Positions 28,353 through 41,916 of a stretch of DNA of 64,000 bases are shown piece after piece. A program made the translations under genes and the position numbers. The notes beneath the pieces were generated by a model, which searched no databases, was not told the origin of the DNA, and saw only the letters and a list, made by a program, of their open reading frames with translations. Position 1 is the stretch's first letter; each line of letters starts with the position of its first letter. The stretch comes from Candidatus Latescibacterota bacterium (lineage in GTDB: Bacteria; Latescibacterota; UBA2968; UBA8231): the NCBI GenBank assembly GCA_965248265.1, contig CBDFJF010000002.1:3104001-3168000 (forward strand). The letters run 5' to 3'.

Positions 28353-31300
28353 TTGAACGTTACGCGGAATGGAAGCACCAACGGCCATATCGAAAGGCAG
28401 TCTTTCGGCAAGATCCGGGAAGTCGTCGAAATGCCGAATCTGTTGGAAGTCCAAATCCAGTCGTATCGATCATTTCTCCAGCTGGAAACGCCCCCCCGCA
28501 AACGTGATCAACGGGGTCTGAACGCAGTCTTCGAGAGTATATTTCCGATCTCCGACACGAAGGAGATCTACACCCTCGAGTACGTCGATTACGGCATTGG
28601 CAATCCACGATACAGCGTCGAAGAGTGCCGCGAACGCGGGATGACCTTCGCCGCGCCGCTGCGAGCGACGTTGCGATTGATTGCTCGCGACAAGGATGCT
28701 CCCGACAAACCTGTAAAAGGGGTTGTTGAGCAATCCGTCTTTCTTGGCGAACTGCCGCTGATGACCGAACAGGGCACCTTCGTTGTCAATGGCGCAGAGC
28801 GTGTAGTCGTGAGTCAGTTGCACCGTTCGCCAGGTGTGTTCTTCGACGAAAGCATACATCCAAACGGCAAGCGGTTGTTATCGGCTCGGATCTTGCCAAC
28901 CAAGGGACCCTGGCTCGAATTCAGCATGGACATCAACGACATCATGTATGTCCATATCGACCGGCGACGAAAACTACCCGTGTCGTTGCTACTGCGCGCA
29001 CTCGGCTTTTCCAGTAACGGCGAGATCACCGCGCTCTTCCGCCCAGAAGAGGACGTCGAAATCGATGACGAGATGATCGGACGTTATGTTGGCTCAGCAG
29101 ATGTCGTCGACAAACGCAGCGGTGAGGTGGTCGCAGAGGCCTATCAAGAGGTCACCGAGGAGATTCTGGAAGGTCTCAAGGGAACGCGTTTCAAGCGCAT
29201 CAAGATGTTGGCCATTCCGGATCCCAATGATCCCGGCGTGATCGAGAACACGATCAAGAAAGATCCGAGCGAATCAGAAGAGGATGCTCTTACCAGGATT
29301 TACAATCTTCTGCGACCGGGAGATCCACCCAACATCGAGACCGCCCGAGGCCTGTTGGAGCGCCTGTTTTTCAATCCCAAGCGCTACAACCTGGGTGACG
29401 TCGGCCGGCATCGAATCAATCGGCGCCTCGACCTCGACATTCCGGCGGAAAGCACTGTTCTCCATCTAGAAGATTTCATGGCCATCATCCGTTACCTCCT
29501 GCAGTTGCGCGAGGGTGCGGGTTTTACGGATGACATCGACCATCTCGGTAATCGTCGTATCCGTCTGGTTGGAGAGTTGCTGGCGAACCAGTTCAGCATC
29601 GGTCTCACCCGTATGGCTCGCACCATACGAGAGCGCATGAGCCTGCGAGACGAGGACCAGGTAACGCCGCACGATCTGGTTAACGCGCGGACGGTTTCTA
29701 CCGTCATCCAGGCGTTTTTCGGCAGCAGTCAGCTGTCGCAGTTCATGCAACAGAACAACCCGTTGGATGAACTGACGCACAAGCGTCGTTTGAGCGCGCT
29801 GGGGCCGGGAGGCCTGAGCAGGGATCGTGCAGGCTTCGAGGTGCGCGATGTGCACTACACGCACTATGGTCGTATCTGCCCGATTGAGACGCCGGAAGGC
29901 CCCAATATCGGACTGATTTCCTCGTTGAGTACCTACGCACGCGTCAATGCCTTCGGCTTCCTCGAGACGCCCTATCGCAAGGTCATCAACGGCAAGGCGA
30001 CGGATGATATTGAATTCCTGTCCGCGGACCAGGAGGATCGCTTCACCATCGCCCAGGCCAATGAGCCGCTCAACGACGACGGCAGCTTTGCGAATCAGTT
30101 GGTGAAGGCGCGGAAGCGGGATGACTATCCGATGGTTCATCCGAAGGAAACGCAGTACATGGATGTGTCTCCGAGGCAACTCGTGAGTGCCGCTGCCGCG
30201 TTGATTCCTTTTCTGGAGCACGACGATGCCAACCGCGCTCTCATGGGTTCCAACATGCAGCGCCAGGCCGTGCCGCTGTTGTTCACGGAAGCTCCAAGGG
30301 TGGGTACCGGCATGGAGAGCAAGGTTGCCCAGGATTCAGGTGCCGTCGTGCTGGCGCGCAATCCCGGCGAAGTCATCGAGGTGTCTTCCGATCGCATCGT
30401 GGTGCGTCGAGACAAGAAGCGGAGCACGCCGATGACTCCTCTCGATACCGCTGAGGTCGACGAATACCGCCTGACCAAGTTCGTGCGTTCGAACCAGGAT
30501 TGCTGCATCAACCAGCGTCCTCTGGTAGCGGTGGGAAGCCAAGTGGCCAAACAGCAGGTAATCGCCGATGGCCCGGCCACTCAGTCCGGGGATCTGGCCC
30601 TGGGCATGAACGCGCTCGTCGCCTTCATGCCGTGGAACGGCTACAACTTCGAGGACGCCATCGTCATCAGTGAGCGTTTGCTGAAGATTGACGTATTCAC
30701 GAGTGTCCACATCGAGGAGTTCGAGCTCCAGGTGCGTGACACCAAGCGTGGCCAGGAGGAAATCACCCGCGAGATTCCCAATGTCAGCGAGATCGCCGTG
30801 CGCAATCTGGACGATGAGGGCATCGTCCGCATCGGCGCCGAGGTCGGTCCCGGTGACATTCTCGTGGGCAAGGTCACTCCCAAGGGCGAGACGGAACTGT
30901 CTCCGGAAGAGCGTCTGCTGCGCGCGATTTTCGGAGAGAAAGCCGGGGATGTCCGAGATGCGTCGCTGAAGGCGCCTCCGGGAATGGAAGGCGTCGTCAT
31001 CGGTCGCAAGGTGTTTTCCCGTAAAGACCGCGGAGAGGCGTCCCGCAAGAAGGAAAAAGCTGAAATCGCAGAATCTCGCGAGCGGGCTGACGAACGCCTG
31101 GCTGAGCTGCGCAAGGAGCGCGATCGGCAGTTGCTGGGGTTGTTAGGGGGGCACAAGCTCGGCCGACTCCGCAGCCAGGAGGACAACAGCGTCGTCGTCA
31201 GGGAGGGCACCGAGATCAGCGATCGCCTGCTCGAGCGAACTGATTTCGCCACGGTCACTCCCGAGGACGGATGGGTCGACAGGCCCTCTGTCAATGACAA

Positions 31301-32156
31301 GGTCGACAATCTGCTGCGCTATGCGCGCGAGCAGATGCAATTGATCGAAGAGCAGACGGAACGTGCGGCAGAACGGTTGACGCGCGGAGACGAGTTGCCA
31401 CCGGGGATTATTCAACTGGTCCGTGTCTACGTCGCCAAGAAGCGCAAGCTGTCTGTCGGCGACAAGATGGCTGGACGCCACGGAAACAAGGGAGTTGTGG
31501 CGGCCGTCGTCCCCGAGGAGGACATGCCCTACATGGAGGATGGGACACCCATCGACATCGTCCTAAACCCGCTGGGCGTGCCGTCCCGGATGAACTTGGG
31601 GCAGATTTTTGAAACGCACCTGGGGTGGGCTGCCGATGCGCTGGGCATTCACGTGGCCACACCGGTGTTCGACGGAGCGACGCAATCAGAGGTTAAGGAC
31701 CTGCTGGAGAAAGCCAATTTGCCCACCGACGGTAAGGCCATCTTGTTCGACGGTCGTACAGGGCAACAGCTTCACAAGAAAGTGACCGTCGGTTTCATTT
31801 ATATGCTCAAGCTCACTCATCTCGTAGCGGACAAGATCCATGCGCGCTCGATCGGTCCCTACTCCCTGGTTACTCAGCAACCATTGGGTGGCAAGGCACA
31901 GTTTGGCGGCCAGCGTTTTGGAGAGATGGAAGTGTGGGCGCTGGAGGCTTATGGCTCCGCCTACACCCTGCAGGAAATGTTGACTGTGAAATCGGACGAC
32001 GTGGCTGGACGTTCCCGCATTTACGAAGCGATCGTCAAGGGAGACAATCCGCCCGAGCCTGGAATTCCGGAATCGTTCAACGTTTTGGTGAAGGAACTTC
32101 AGAGTCTGTGCCTGGACGTGATATTGGAGGACAGCCGCGTGGTGGAACCCTATTAA
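28353..32156 (+). CDS. rpoB: RNA polymerase beta subunit
   Basis: [29 protein letters not shown]; TTG start after AAGGAG. Confidence 0.99.
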   Translation: MNVTRNGSTNGHIERQSFGKIREVVEMPNLLEVQIQSYRSFLQLETPPRKRDQRGLNAVFESIFPISDTKEIYTLEYVDYGIGNPRYSVEECRERGMTFAAPLRATLRLIARDKDAPDKPVKGVVEQSVFLGELPLMTEQGTFVVNGAERVVVSQLHRSPGVFFDESIHPNGKRLLSARILPTKGPWLEFSMDINDIMYVHIDRRRKLPVSLLLRALGFSSNGEITALFRPEEDVEIDDEMIGRYVGSADVVDKRSGEVVAEAYQEVTEEILEGLKGTRFKRIKMLAIPDPNDPGVIENTIKKDPSESEEDALTRIYNLLRPGDPPNIETARGLLERLFFNPKRYNLGDVGRHRINRRLDLDIPAESTVLHLEDFMAIIRYLLQLREGAGFTDDIDHLGNRRIRLVGELLANQFSIGLTRMARTIRERMSLRDEDQVTPHDLVNARTVSTVIQAFFGSSQLSQFMQQNNPLDELTHKRRLSALGPGGLSRDRAGFEVRDVHYTHYGRICPIETPEGPNIGLISSLSTYARVNAFGFLETPYRKVINGKATDDIEFLSADQEDRFTIAQANEPLNDDGSFANQLVKARKRDDYPMVHPKETQYMDVSPRQLVSAAAALIPFLEHDDANRALMGSNMQRQAVPLLFTEAPRVGTGMESKVAQDSGAVVLARNPGEVIEVSSDRIVVRRDKKRSTPMTPLDTAEVDEYRLTKFVRSNQDCCINQRPLVAVGSQVAKQQVIADGPATQSGDLALGMNALVAFMPWNGYNFEDAIVISERLLKIDVFTSVHIEEFELQVRDTKRGQEEITREIPNVSEIAVRNLDDEGIVRIGAEVGPGDILVGKVTPKGETELSPEERLLRAIFGEKAGDVRDASLKAPPGMEGVVIGRKVFSRKDRGEASRKKEKAEIAESRERADERLAELRKERDRQLLGLLGGHKLGRLRSQEDNSVVVREGTEISDRLLERTDFATVTPEDGWVDRPSVNDKVDNLLRYAREQMQLIEEQTERAAERLTRGDELPPGIIQLVRVYVAKKRKLSVGDKMAGRHGNKGVVAAVVPEEDMPYMEDGTPIDIVLNPLGVPSRMNLGQIFETHLGWAADALGIHVATPVFDGATQSEVKDLLEKANLPTDGKAILFDGRTGQQLHKKVTVGFIYMLKLTHLVADKIHARSIGPYSLVTQQPLGGKAQFGGQRFGEMEVWALEAYGSAYTLQEMLTVKSDDVAGRSRIYEAIVKGDNPPEPGIPESFNVLVKELQSLCLDVILEDSRVVEPY

Positions 32157-32158
32157 GG

Positions 32159-32210
32159 ATGACCGATCTACCAATCGGTCATTAAGACGACCGATCTAGC
32201 GATCGGTCGT
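32159..32210. repeat. Twin near-identical hairpins between rpoB and rpoC
   Basis: atgaccgat-ctacca-atcggtcat and acgaccgatc-tagc-gatcggtcgt. Confidence 0.85.
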
Positions 32211-32266
32211 TGGCAGTAACTGACAGGTTCGATCGAAGCAGAGTCTAACCAACCAGAGGTGACGAC

Positions 32267-35200
32267 GTGATCAAAACCGGCAACTCAAGAAAACCGACAG
32301 ATTTCGATTCCATTCGGATCCAGTTGGCCTCACCGGACACCATCCGGTCATGGTCGCACGGCGAAGTCACAAAGCCAGAAACCATCAACTACCGCTCGTT
32401 CAAACCCGAACGCGACGGCTTGTTCTGCGAACGTATTTTCGGCCCGGTGAAGGACTGGAACTGTCATTGCGGTAAATACAAGGGGATCCGCTATCGCGGG
32501 GTCGTCTGCGATCGCTGCGGGGTAGAGGTCACTCAGGCGAAGGTTCGTCGCGAACGACTAGGTCACATCGAGTTGGCTGTTCCTGTTTCACACATCTGGT
32601 ATTTCAAGTCATTGCCGTCGCGCATCGGAGCGCTGATGGATGTGTCGATGCGCAACCTTGAGCGCATCCTGTATTACGAGTCGTATGTCGTCATGGACCC
32701 CCGTGGTTCCGAGATCGAAAAGATGACGTTGCTGACCGAGGAGGAACTGCTCGAAGTGCGGGAGCAGGGCAACGATCCCAAGGTCGGCATGGGCGCACCG
32801 GCAGTCAGAGATTTGCTCGCCGAAATCGACATCGAAGAGTTGTCGGCCGAACTGCGAGCCCGCGTACGCATGGAGACATCGATTCAGCGCAAGCAGGAAG
32901 CGCTGAAGCGGTTGAAGGTCATCGAGGCCTTCCGCCAGTCCGAGAACCGGCCCGAATGGATGATCCTGGAGGTCATACCGGTGATTCCTCCGGATCTCCG
33001 TCCTCTAGTGCCTCTAGAGGGTGGCCGCTTCGCGACCTCGGATCTGAACGACCTGTACCGTCGTGTCATCAACAGGAACAACCGCCTCAAGAAGCTGATC
33101 GGCATCAAGGCCCCAGAGGTCATTCTGCGCAACGAGAAGCGCATGCTGCAGGAAGCGGTCGATGCGCTATTCGACAACGGACGGCGATCCCGAGCCGTGC
33201 GCGGCGACGGCAATCGCTCGCTTAAGTCATTGAGCGATTTGCTCAAAGGAAAGCAGGGCAGGTTCCGCCAGAATCTGCTTGGCAAGCGGGTCGATTACAG
33301 CGGCCGTTCGGTCATCGTTGTCGGTCCCGAATTGAAGCTTCACCAATGCGGCCTGCCCAAGAGCATGGCGCTGGAGTTGTTCAAGCCGTTCGTTATTCGC
33401 AAGCTCGAGGAAACTGGCCTGGTGCAGACGGTGAAGAGCGCCAAGAAGCTGGTGGAGCGCGAGCGACCCGAGGTCTGGGACATCCTGGAAGACATCATCA
33501 GTGACCACTGCGTGCTGCTGAATCGCGCGCCAACACTTCACCGGTTGGGTATTCAAGCCTTTCAGCCGATCCTCGTCGAGGGCAAGGCGGTGCAGCTTCA
33601 TCCGTTGGTATGCGCTGCCTTCAATGCCGATTTCGACGGAGATCAGATGGCGGTCCATGTACCGCTTTCGTTCGAGGCGCAGATCGAGGCGCGCTTGCTG
33701 ATGCTGTCGTCTCAGAATCTGCTCAAGCCGGCCGATGGCGAGCCCGTCATCATGATGGACCCCAAAGACATCGTCCTGGGTAGTTACTACCTGACCAAAG
33801 TGCGCTTCAGTGAAGCCACCAAAGAGGAGCGGCGCTTTGCCAGTCCGACCGAAGCCATGGCGGCGTTTGAGTCAGAGCGCATCACCCTCCACCAACCGAT
33901 CAAGGTTCGGGTCAAGGGTGAGATGATCGACACGACCGCCGGCCGGTTGGTGTTCAACGAGACCATGCCCCCGGAGATGGACTTCATCAACCAGAATATT
34001 GAGAAGGGTGACATCAAGAGAATTACCGGCGAAGTGCACCGTCACATGGGCAACAGGCGGACGGCGGAATTCGTCGACAACCTCAAGCGTCTTGGCTATC
34101 ACTATGCCACGATCGCTGGAATCAGCGTTTCGGTCGATGACGTGGTCGTCCCGCCGGAGAAGGATGAAATCATCAACGAAGCGTTGGGCGAAGTGGAGAG
34201 AGTGCGCGATCAGTACGCCAACGGAATCATCACCGACGGTGAGCGCTACAACAAGATTATCGATATCTGGACGCACGCCACGTCAGCCGTTTCCCGCGCC
34301 GTGCAAGGGGCCCTGGAGGATGCCGAGGAAGGCTTCAATTCCATCTTTGTGATGAAGGATTCCGGAGCACGAGGTAGTGAGGACCAGATAAAGCAGTTGG
34401 GTGGCATGCGCGGCCTCATGAACAAGCCACAGAAGAAGCTGACGGGAGCGGTTGGAGAAATCATCGAGACTCCGATCATCGCATCCTTCAAGGAAGGCCT
34501 GTCCGTGCAGGAGTACTTCATATCGACGCACGGAGCGCGCAAGGGATTGGCAGACACGGCACTGAAGACGGCCGAGGCCGGGTACCTGACTCGTCGCATG
34601 GTCGATGTAGCACAGGACGTCGTGGTCAGCCAACCGGACTGCGGTACTGGCCAGGGTCTGTGGACCGGCGCCCTGAAAGATGGCGAGGAGATTATCGAAC
34701 CTCTGGCCGATCGCATCGTCGGCAGGGTCATCCTCGACGACGCCGTCGACGCCGACGACAACGTCGTCGTCAAGGCCGGCACGTTACTCGAGGAGGCCGA
34801 TGCCAACAATATCGCCCAGGCCGGGTTCGAACAGGTGCGCATCCGCTCGGTCCTGACGTGTGAATCACAGCGCGGGGTGTGCGCCAAGTGCTACGGGCGC
34901 AATTTGGCGACGGGCAGGATCGTGAATATTGGTGAAGCCACCGGTGTCATCGCCGCTCAGAGCATTGGCGAGCCGGGGACGCAGCTGACCCTGCGCACGT
35001 TTCACATCGGCGGCACGGCCAGCCGTATTGCCGAACAATCTCAAATCACGGCGCGCCGTCGCGGCAAGGTTCGTTTCGCGAATGTCACCAGCGTGGAGAA
35101 TCCTGATTTGGGCCAGGTGGTGACGGGGCGCAATGGTGAGATCGAACTCCTCGATGAGCAGAATCGAGTGCGATCCCGCATCAACGTTCCGTACGGGGCA

Positions 35201-36379
35201 AGCCTCAAGGTGTCTGACGCCGAGGAGGTCGAAAGCTCCCAGGTGATGTACGAGTGGGACCCGTATAACAACGCCATCATCACCGACCGAGCCGGTAAGG
35301 TTAAGTTCACGGATATCGCCGATGATGTTACTCTGAGTGAGAAGTTCGACGAAACCACCGGTATGAGTGCGCGTGTGATCGTCGAGCAGCGCGATCGTTC
35401 ATTGAGTCCCCAGATTGACGTTATCAACAGGAAGGAAGGAAATCGCTCATTCATTCTTCCCGTCGGTGCGCGAGTGTTGGTGGCGGACAAGGAACAGGTC
35501 GCTCCCGGGACTCCACTGGTAAAGATACCGAGAGAGCGCACGAAGACTCGCGACATCACCGGTGGTCTGCCGCGCGTAGCCGAGCTGTTCGAGGCCAGGC
35601 GTCCGAAGGAGCCGGCCGTGATTTCAGAGATTGATGGGGCCGTCAAGTTCGGCGGGTTGGTTCGCGGAAACCGTGAGGTCCTCGTGACCTCTCACGACGG
35701 GGAAGAGCGCAAGTACTTAATCCCGTACGGCAAGCATATGAGGGTGCACGAGGGGGACCACGTGGTCGCCGGTGAGCGACTGTCAGAAGGAGCCGTGAAC
35801 CCGCATGATATCCTGCAGGTTCAGGGTGTGAACAAAGTGCAGGAGTACCTGGTGAACGAGATCCAGGATGTCTACCGTCTTCAGGCTGTAGAGATCAACG
35901 ACAAACACATCGAAGTGATCGTCAAGCAGATGCTGCAGAAGGTCAGGGTGCTGGATCCGGGTGACACCAACTTTCTCGAGGGAGAAGAGGTCGACAAGAT
36001 CCGCTTCAATCACGAGAACGAAAAGGTCATCACGGAGGGCGGAGATCCGGCCAATTGCACGCCGATCCTGCTCGGCATCACTCGTGCTTCCCTGCGGACA
36101 GACAGCTTCATCTCCGCCGCCTCGTTCCAGGAAACGACTCGAGTGCTAACCGAGGCAGCCGTGCAGGGCAAGATTGACCACCTGCGAGGCTTGAAAGAGA
36201 ACGTCATCATCGGCCGCCTGATTCCAGCCGGAACGGGATCCAGCCTTTACAGGTCGGTTAATTACCTCGATTTGCGTCCCGAGGAGGATGTGGTTGAGGT
36301 GCCGGCAACCGAGGAGGAGTTGGTCGAGGTTGGCGCCAATGGCGATGAGACAGCGGCCACTCCTGCCATGGGGGAGTAG
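32267..36379 (+). CDS. rpoC: RNA polymerase beta' subunit
   Basis: [12 protein letters not shown] active-site motif, N-terminal Zn finger. Confidence 0.99.
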   Translation: MIKTGNSRKPTDFDSIRIQLASPDTIRSWSHGEVTKPETINYRSFKPERDGLFCERIFGPVKDWNCHCGKYKGIRYRGVVCDRCGVEVTQAKVRRERLGHIELAVPVSHIWYFKSLPSRIGALMDVSMRNLERILYYESYVVMDPRGSEIEKMTLLTEEELLEVREQGNDPKVGMGAPAVRDLLAEIDIEELSAELRARVRMETSIQRKQEALKRLKVIEAFRQSENRPEWMILEVIPVIPPDLRPLVPLEGGRFATSDLNDLYRRVINRNNRLKKLIGIKAPEVILRNEKRMLQEAVDALFDNGRRSRAVRGDGNRSLKSLSDLLKGKQGRFRQNLLGKRVDYSGRSVIVVGPELKLHQCGLPKSMALELFKPFVIRKLEETGLVQTVKSAKKLVERERPEVWDILEDIISDHCVLLNRAPTLHRLGIQAFQPILVEGKAVQLHPLVCAAFNADFDGDQMAVHVPLSFEAQIEARLLMLSSQNLLKPADGEPVIMMDPKDIVLGSYYLTKVRFSEATKEERRFASPTEAMAAFESERITLHQPIKVRVKGEMIDTTAGRLVFNETMPPEMDFINQNIEKGDIKRITGEVHRHMGNRRTAEFVDNLKRLGYHYATIAGISVSVDDVVVPPEKDEIINEALGEVERVRDQYANGIITDGERYNKIIDIWTHATSAVSRAVQGALEDAEEGFNSIFVMKDSGARGSEDQIKQLGGMRGLMNKPQKKLTGAVGEIIETPIIASFKEGLSVQEYFISTHGARKGLADTALKTAEAGYLTRRMVDVAQDVVVSQPDCGTGQGLWTGALKDGEEIIEPLADRIVGRVILDDAVDADDNVVVKAGTLLEEADANNIAQAGFEQVRIRSVLTCESQRGVCAKCYGRNLATGRIVNIGEATGVIAAQSIGEPGTQLTLRTFHIGGTASRIAEQSQITARRRGKVRFANVTSVENPDLGQVVTGRNGEIELLDEQNRVRSRINVPYGASLKVSDAEEVESSQVMYEWDPYNNAIITDRAGKVKFTDIADDVTLSEKFDETTGMSARVIVEQRDRSLSPQIDVINRKEGNRSFILPVGARVLVADKEQVAPGTPLVKIPRERTKTRDITGGLPRVAELFEARRPKEPAVISEIDGAVKFGGLVRGNREVLVTSHDGEERKYLIPYGKHMRVHEGDHVVAGERLSEGAVNPHDILQVQGVNKVQEYLVNEIQDVYRLQAVEINDKHIEVIVKQMLQKVRVLDPGDTNFLEGEEVDKIRFNHENEKVITEGGDPANCTPILLGITRASLRTDSFISAASFQETTRVLTEAAVQGKIDHLRGLKENVIIGRLIPAGTGSSLYRSVNYLDLRPEEDVVEVPATEEELVEVGANGDETAATPAMGE

Positions 36380-36448
36380 GGTAGGGTTCATCAGCAGATT
36401 CATCGATTTTGTGAAAAATGCCGTCAATGTGCGAAAAAATCTGTAGTT

Positions 36449-36521
36449 GTTGACGAATCGTCTGGCGGCCGTTGACGAACCGTCTTGCGGCCGTTGACGA
36501 AGGCCCCAAGGGGCGTTGACG
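36449..36521 (+). repeat. Four GTTGACG cores at exact 22-bp spacing upstream of rpsL
   Basis: Cores start at 36449, 36471, 36493 and 36515; the first two units are near-identical. Confidence 0.85.
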
Positions 36522-36645
36522 GACAACGATTTAGTCCTTAAGCTTTAAGCTTGGCATGGAATGCGCTTCTTCAGTGTGAAACACGCATTTAGACGCGGAC
36601 TGAGGGTGTGAAAGCAAGTATTGTACCTATTGAGGATATCGGAAT

Positions 36646-37020
36646 TTGCCGACAATCAACCAGCTGATTCGCAAAGGGCGTTCGAGGTCGGGGCAACGCA
36701 AAGACGCTCCTGCTCTGCAGGGTTGTCCCCAGCGTCGCGGCGTTTGCACGCGGGTGTACACGACCACACCTAAGAAGCCGAATTCGGCTTTGCGCAAGAT
36801 GGCCAGAGTGCGTTTGACAACTGGTCAGGAGGTGGCGGCATACATCCCAGGCGAAGGAAACAATCTGCAGGAGCACTCCATCGTCCTGGTGCGTGGCGGG
36901 CGAGTGAAGGATGTTCCCGGCGTGCGCTACCACATCATTCGTGGCGTTCTCGATGCAAGTGGGGTAGCGGAGCGAAAGCAGGGCCGCTCCAAATACGGGG
37001 CGCGAAGGGCCGACAGTTAG
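36646..37020 (+). CDS. rpsL: 30S ribosomal protein S12
   Basis: [20 protein letters not shown]. Confidence 0.98.
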   Translation: MPTINQLIRKGRSRSGQRKDAPALQGCPQRRGVCTRVYTTTPKKPNSALRKMARVRLTTGQEVAAYIPGEGNNLQEHSIVLVRGGRVKDVPGVRYHIIRGVLDASGVAERKQGRSKYGARRADS

Positions 37021-37068
37021 GCTTGCTTTTTTCACTGGAAACTTCGCCAGAATTCGAGTAGATATCCG

Positions 37069-37539
37069 ATGTCCAGAAGAAGAAGAGCAGTAAAGCGACA
37101 GACGCTTCCCGATCCAAAGTACAACAGCGTTCTTGCTGCCCGGTTTATCAGCTGTCTCATGAGCAGGGGTAAGAAGAGTCTGGCTGAGCGGATCTTCTAT
37201 GACGCCGTTGATCTGGTAACGCAACGCTCGGATCAACAGGGCATCGATTTGTTCATGAAGGCTGTAGAGAATTGCAAGCCGATGGTGCTGACGAAGTCCA
37301 GGCGTGTCGGCTCTCAGACCTATCAGGTCCCTCTGGAAGTCAGGCCAGAAGAGCGTACCACCCGCTCGATCAAGTGGATTATCCGTTTCGCGCGAGAGCG
37401 CTCGGAACGCACGATGGCTGATCGATTAGCCAATGAGTTGATCGCAGCTTCCAAGGGAGACGGGGGCGCGATACGCGCCCGTGACGAAGTGCATCGAATG
37501 GCCGATGCGAACAGGGCTTTCGCCCACTACAGGTTCTAG
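37069..37539 (+). CDS. rpsG: 30S ribosomal protein S7
   Basis: SRRVGSQTYQVP, ANRAFAHYR. Confidence 0.98.
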   Translation: MSRRRRAVKRQTLPDPKYNSVLAARFISCLMSRGKKSLAERIFYDAVDLVTQRSDQQGIDLFMKAVENCKPMVLTKSRRVGSQTYQVPLEVRPEERTTRSIKWIIRFARERSERTMADRLANELIAASKGDGGAIRARDEVHRMADANRAFAHYRF

Positions 37540-37554
37540 GAAAAGAAGGACAGA

Positions 37555-39651
37555 GTGGCCAGGGAACACGCAATCGCGGACACGCGAAACATCGGGATCG
37601 CAGCCCACATCGACGCCGGCAAGACGACGACGACCGAGCGTATTCTGTACTACACCGGCCGTCTGCATCGAATGGGGGAGGTCCATGATGGTACGGCCAC
37701 GATGGACTTCATGGACCAGGAGCGGGAACGCGGTATCACCATCAACTCCGCTGCTACCGCAGCCGAGTGGAACGGTCATCGAATAAACATTATCGACACC
37801 CCCGGCCACGTTGATTTTACCGCTGAAGTCGAGCGTTCACTCCGGGTGCTAGACGGTGCCGTGGGCGTGTTTTGTGCCGTTGGTGGTGTCGAGCCGCAGT
37901 CGGAGACGGTCTGGCGTCAGGCGGACCGCTACGGTGTTCCTCGGATTGCCTTCGTCAACAAGATGGACCGCAACGGAGCCGATTTTTTCAGGGTGCTCGA
38001 GATGCTGGAGGAGCGTCTTGGGAGTAATTTCGTGCCGGTGCAGTTGCCGCTTGGCAGCGGAGAGACCTATACCGGGTTGGTCGACTTGATTGAGATGAAG
38101 GCGATCACCTATCAGGACGATTCGCAAGGCATGGATTTCCTCGAAACAGAGGTGCCTGAAGATCTGACGGAGACGGCCCTGAAGTACCGGGAAAAGTTGC
38201 TCGAGTCTGTTGCCGACTACGACGATCACCTTCTCGAAAAATTCCTCGAAGGCGAAGAGATCCGTTCTGACGAGATCAGGGCGGCCCTTCGGCAGGCCAC
38301 CATCGCCTTGAAGGCTGTTCCGGTTGTCTGTGGCAGCGCCTATAAGTTCAAGGGGGTGCAGAAGCTCCTAGACAGCATAGTCGAGTTTCTACCTTCTCCT
38401 CTGGATGTGCCTCCGGTTACCGGAGTCTTGCCCAATTCCGAGGAGTCAGCGGAGCGTCCGGCTGCCGACGACGCGCCATTCTCAGCGTTGGCGTTCAAGA
38501 TTCAGGCTGATGATTTCGTTGGCCGACTGACCTTTTTGCGAGTGTATTCTGGCACGCTGAAATCAGGTTCCTACATACACAACGTCAACTCGGGGAAAAA
38601 GGAACGCGTTTCTCGGCTGGTCGAGATGCACGCCGACACGCGCTTGGAGCGCGAGGACGCTCATGCCGGAGACATCATCGCCGTGGTCGGGCTCAAGAGT
38701 ACGACAACGGGTGAGACCCTCTGTGACGGCGACCAGCAGATTCTCCTTGAGAAGATAGAATTCGCCAAACCGGTCATTCATCGCGCCATCGAACCCAAGA
38801 CCAAGGGTGACCAGGAGCGGCTCTATAGCGCGCTCAACAAGATGAGTGAAGAAGATCCGACCTTCGTCATAACCGTCGACAAGGATACCGGGCAAACGCT
38901 GGTATCGGGGATGGGTGAACTGCATCTCGAAACACGCATCGAACGTCTGTTACGCGAATTCAGGGTCGCTGCCAATGTGGGAGATCCGCAGGTGGCCTAC
39001 AAAGAAGGCATTCGAAACACGGTCGAGGCCACGGGGAGATTCGTGCGACAGAGCGGCGGGCGCGGCCAGTTCGGCCATGTGGAGATCGAGATGGGGCCAG
39101 GCGAGTCCCGCACCGGTCTGGTGTTCGAATCCAAGATCGTCGGTGGCTCGATTCCCAGGGAGTATGTCAACCCGGTCCGTGAAGGCATCCAGGAGGCCAT
39201 GTTGAGTGGCCCGATCGCAGGTTATCCCATCGAAGACATCGTGGTGACGTTGGTCGACGGCTCGTATCACGAGGTTGATTCATCGGAGATGGCTTTCAAG
39301 GTGGCAGGATCCATGGCCTTCAAGGAAGGGGCACGGAAGGCCAAGCCATTCTTGATGGAGCCGGTCATGGATCTCGAAGTCGTCGTGCCCGAACAGTACC
39401 TCGGCGATGTCATCGGCGACCTCAATTCCCATCGCGGTGACGTGCAAGGTATCACCCCTCGCTCCGAGGCGCAGGTGATAGAGGCCGTGATTCCTCTGTC
39501 AGAGACGTTCGGTTATGCGACCAGGCTTCGCTCGCTGACTCAAGGCCGGGCCGTTTTCACCATGCAGTTTTCGCGCTTCAAGCAGGTACCCAAGCAACTG
39601 ACCGAAGAGATCGTCGATCGTATCCGGGGGTATTCGGAAGCGGCGGCGTGA
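37555..39651 (+). CDS. fusA: Elongation factor G
   Basis: [24 protein letters not shown]. Confidence 0.99.
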   Translation: MAREHAIADTRNIGIAAHIDAGKTTTTERILYYTGRLHRMGEVHDGTATMDFMDQERERGITINSAATAAEWNGHRINIIDTPGHVDFTAEVERSLRVLDGAVGVFCAVGGVEPQSETVWRQADRYGVPRIAFVNKMDRNGADFFRVLEMLEERLGSNFVPVQLPLGSGETYTGLVDLIEMKAITYQDDSQGMDFLETEVPEDLTETALKYREKLLESVADYDDHLLEKFLEGEEIRSDEIRAALRQATIALKAVPVVCGSAYKFKGVQKLLDSIVEFLPSPLDVPPVTGVLPNSEESAERPAADDAPFSALAFKIQADDFVGRLTFLRVYSGTLKSGSYIHNVNSGKKERVSRLVEMHADTRLEREDAHAGDIIAVVGLKSTTTGETLCDGDQQILLEKIEFAKPVIHRAIEPKTKGDQERLYSALNKMSEEDPTFVITVDKDTGQTLVSGMGELHLETRIERLLREFRVAANVGDPQVAYKEGIRNTVEATGRFVRQSGGRGQFGHVEIEMGPGESRTGLVFESKIVGGSIPREYVNPVREGIQEAMLSGPIAGYPIEDIVVTLVDGSYHEVDSSEMAFKVAGSMAFKEGARKAKPFLMEPVMDLEVVVPEQYLGDVIGDLNSHRGDVQGITPRSEAQVIEAVIPLSETFGYATRLRSLTQGRAVFTMQFSRFKQVPKQLTEEIVDRIRGYSEAAA

Positions 39652-39705
39652 TCGAGAGAGCATTTCAAGCAGGTAGGTTCAACGAGTAGGGAAAGGAAAG
39701 GCCTC

Positions 39706-40896
39706 ATGGCAAAGGACAAATTCGAACGCAACAAGCCTCACGTGAACATCGGTACAATCGGTCACGTGGATCACGGCAAGACAACGCTGACTGCGGCCAT
39801 AACCCTCCACCTGGCCAGCCAGGGCTTCGCTGAGGCCAGGTCCGTCGATGACATCGATAACGCACCAGAAGAGCGCCAGCGCGGCGTGACCATCAACGTC
39901 TCACATCAGGAATACGAGACGGCGAACCGGCATTATGCGCACGTGGATTGCCCTGGTCACGTCGACTACATCAAGAATATGATCACGGGCGCCGCTCAGA
40001 TGGACGGCGCCATTCTCGTGGTCAGCGCAGCGGATGGTCCGATGATCCAGACGCGCGAGCACATTTTGTTGGCCCGTCAGGTCAACGTGCCCGGCATCGT
40101 CGTCTATATGAATAAAGTGGATCAGGTGGATGACCCTGAATTGTTGGATCTGGTCGAGCTCGAGACCCGTGAGCTTCTCTCTGAGTACGACTTTCCAGGA
40201 GACGACGTTCCGGTCATTCGCGGCTCCGCATTGAAGAGCGTCGAGGGCGACGATAGCGAGATCGGTACGCAGTCGATCGACCAGTTGGTCAATGCAGTGG
40301 ACGAGTACATTAATCTGCCCGACCGGCCCGTGGATCAGCCCTTCCTGATGCCCGTGGAGGATGTCTTCAGCATCACCGGACGTGGTACGGTTGGCACAGG
40401 TAGGATCGAGCGTGGCGTTATCAAAACGGGAGATGATGTCGAGGTGGTGGGCATCAAAGAGACCCGCAAGACCGTGGTAACGGGCGTAGAGATGTTCAGG
40501 AAACTCCTTGATGACGGTCAGGCCGGTGACAACGTGGGCCTGTTGCTGAGAGGCGTTGAGAAAGAAGAGCTCACACGCGGCATGGTCGTGTGTGCTCCCG
40601 GAAGCATAACACCTCACACAAAGTTCAACGCAGAGGTTTACGTGCTGACATCCAAAGAAGGTGGTCGCGAGAAGCCATTCTTCACAGGATACCGGCCGCA
40701 GTTTTACTTCCGCACGACGGATGTCACCGGAAGCATCGAGTTGCCCGAAGGCGTCGAGATGGTGATGCCTGGCGATAACGTCAACATGGTCGTCGACCTG
40801 ATTCAGCCCATCGCCATCGAAGCGACATTACGCTTCGCCATCCGAGAGGGTGGACGGACGATCGGCTCGGGCGTCGTCACTGGTGTCATCGAGTGA
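39706..40896 (+). CDS. tuf: Elongation factor Tu
   Basis: [23 protein letters not shown]. Confidence 0.99.
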   Translation: MAKDKFERNKPHVNIGTIGHVDHGKTTLTAAITLHLASQGFAEARSVDDIDNAPEERQRGVTINVSHQEYETANRHYAHVDCPGHVDYIKNMITGAAQMDGAILVVSAADGPMIQTREHILLARQVNVPGIVVYMNKVDQVDDPELLDLVELETRELLSEYDFPGDDVPVIRGSALKSVEGDDSEIGTQSIDQLVNAVDEYINLPDRPVDQPFLMPVEDVFSITGRGTVGTGRIERGVIKTGDDVEVVGIKETRKTVVTGVEMFRKLLDDGQAGDNVGLLLRGVEKEELTRGMVVCAPGSITPHTKFNAEVYVLTSKEGGREKPFFTGYRPQFYFRTTDVTGSIELPEGVEMVMPGDNVNMVVDLIQPIAIEATLRFAIREGGRTIGSGVVTGVIE

Positions 40897-40942
40897 TCGA
40901 GCCCGTTGCGAGTGTGAAGATAGATAGAAAGCGCAGACAGTA

Positions 40943-41251
40943 ATGGCAGTCGATAGAATTCGAATCAGGCTCAAGGCCTACGATCACGCGGCACTCGACA
41001 AATCCGTCGATGAGATCGTGCAGACAGTGAGACGAAGCGGTGCCCGAATCGCCGGACCGATTCCTTTACCTACTGACCGCACAATCTACACGGTGTTGCG
41101 CGGGCCTCATGTTGACAAGAAGTCCAGAGAGCAATTTGAGACGCGGATCCACAAGCGTCTGATTGACATTTTTGAGTCGACTCCGCAGACCGTCGACGCG
41201 CTGATGAAGCTGGATTTACCAGCCGGCATCGGTATCGAAATCAAGGTTTGA
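40943..41251 (+). CDS. rpsJ: 30S ribosomal protein S10
   Basis: [24 protein letters not shown]. Confidence 0.98.
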   Translation: MAVDRIRIRLKAYDHAALDKSVDEIVQTVRRSGARIAGPIPLPTDRTIYTVLRGPHVDKKSREQFETRIHKRLIDIFESTPQTVDALMKLDLPAGIGIEIKV

Positions 41252-41259
41252 GGAAGATC

Positions 41260-41916
41260 ATGGCAACGGTAGACGTGTTGACGGCAGACGGAGGCAAGAA
41301 GGGCTCGCTGGAGCTTCCTTCGATCCTGTTCGAGGCGCGTGTGTCCGAACACGCCGTCCATGCCGCCGTGGTCGCCTTCGAGGCCAATCAGCGGCAGGGA
41401 AACGCCTCGGTGAAGGGTCGTTCGGAAGTCAATCGGTCGGGCCGCAAGCACCATCGGCAAAAGGGCTCAGGATTGGCACGTCGTGGGACGGTCACCACCA
41501 ATCTCTTGAGAGGGGGCGGGGTCGCGTTCGGTCATCCGAAACCTCGATCCTACCGCACTCACCTTACCAAAGGAATGAAACACCGAGCTCTGGTGTCGGC
41601 GCTTTCTTACAAAGGCAAGACCGAGCAGGTACGCGTGGTCGAAGACGTGGAATTCGAGAAGCCGAGCACGAAATCCTTCGCGGCGCTGTTGCAAGCCATC
41701 GGATTGGGTCGGGAAGAAAAGGTTCTGTTCGTGACGGCGACAAATGACCCGGTGTTGTTCAAGTCGTGCCGCAATTTGCCGGGGGTTGAGATGGCGACCG
41801 CCACGACGGTGAATACGTATGGTATTGTGGCCGCCGATGTCCTCGTGCTGACTCCGAAGTCAGTTGAAGCACTGGGAGTCGTGCACGGTGATTCCAGTGG
41901 GGGCGAGTCACAGTGA
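41260..41916 (+). CDS. rplD: 50S ribosomal protein L4
   Basis: [23 protein letters not shown]. Confidence 0.96.
   Translation: MATVDVLTADGGKKGSLELPSILFEARVSEHAVHAAVVAFEANQRQGNASVKGRSEVNRSGRKHHRQKGSGLARRGTVTTNLLRGGGVAFGHPKPRSYRTHLTKGMKHRALVSALSYKGKTEQVRVVEDVEFEKPSTKSFAALLQAIGLGREEKVLFVTATNDPVLFKSCRNLPGVEMATATTVNTYGIVAADVLVLTPKSVEALGVVHGDSSGGESQ

Noticed and set aside
28360-36210. Many 60-250 aa ORFs overlapping rpoB, rpoC and r-protein genes
   Set aside because: Shadow ORFs expected in GC-rich coding DNA; no motifs or RBS.
36449-36521. Possible CRISPR array or plasmid iterons
   Set aside because: The 22-bp period is too short for repeat plus spacer, there is no rep gene, and it lies within a core operon region.
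36760-36920. Streptomycin-resistance changes in S12
   Set aside because: The PKKPNS and RVKD lysines are wild type.
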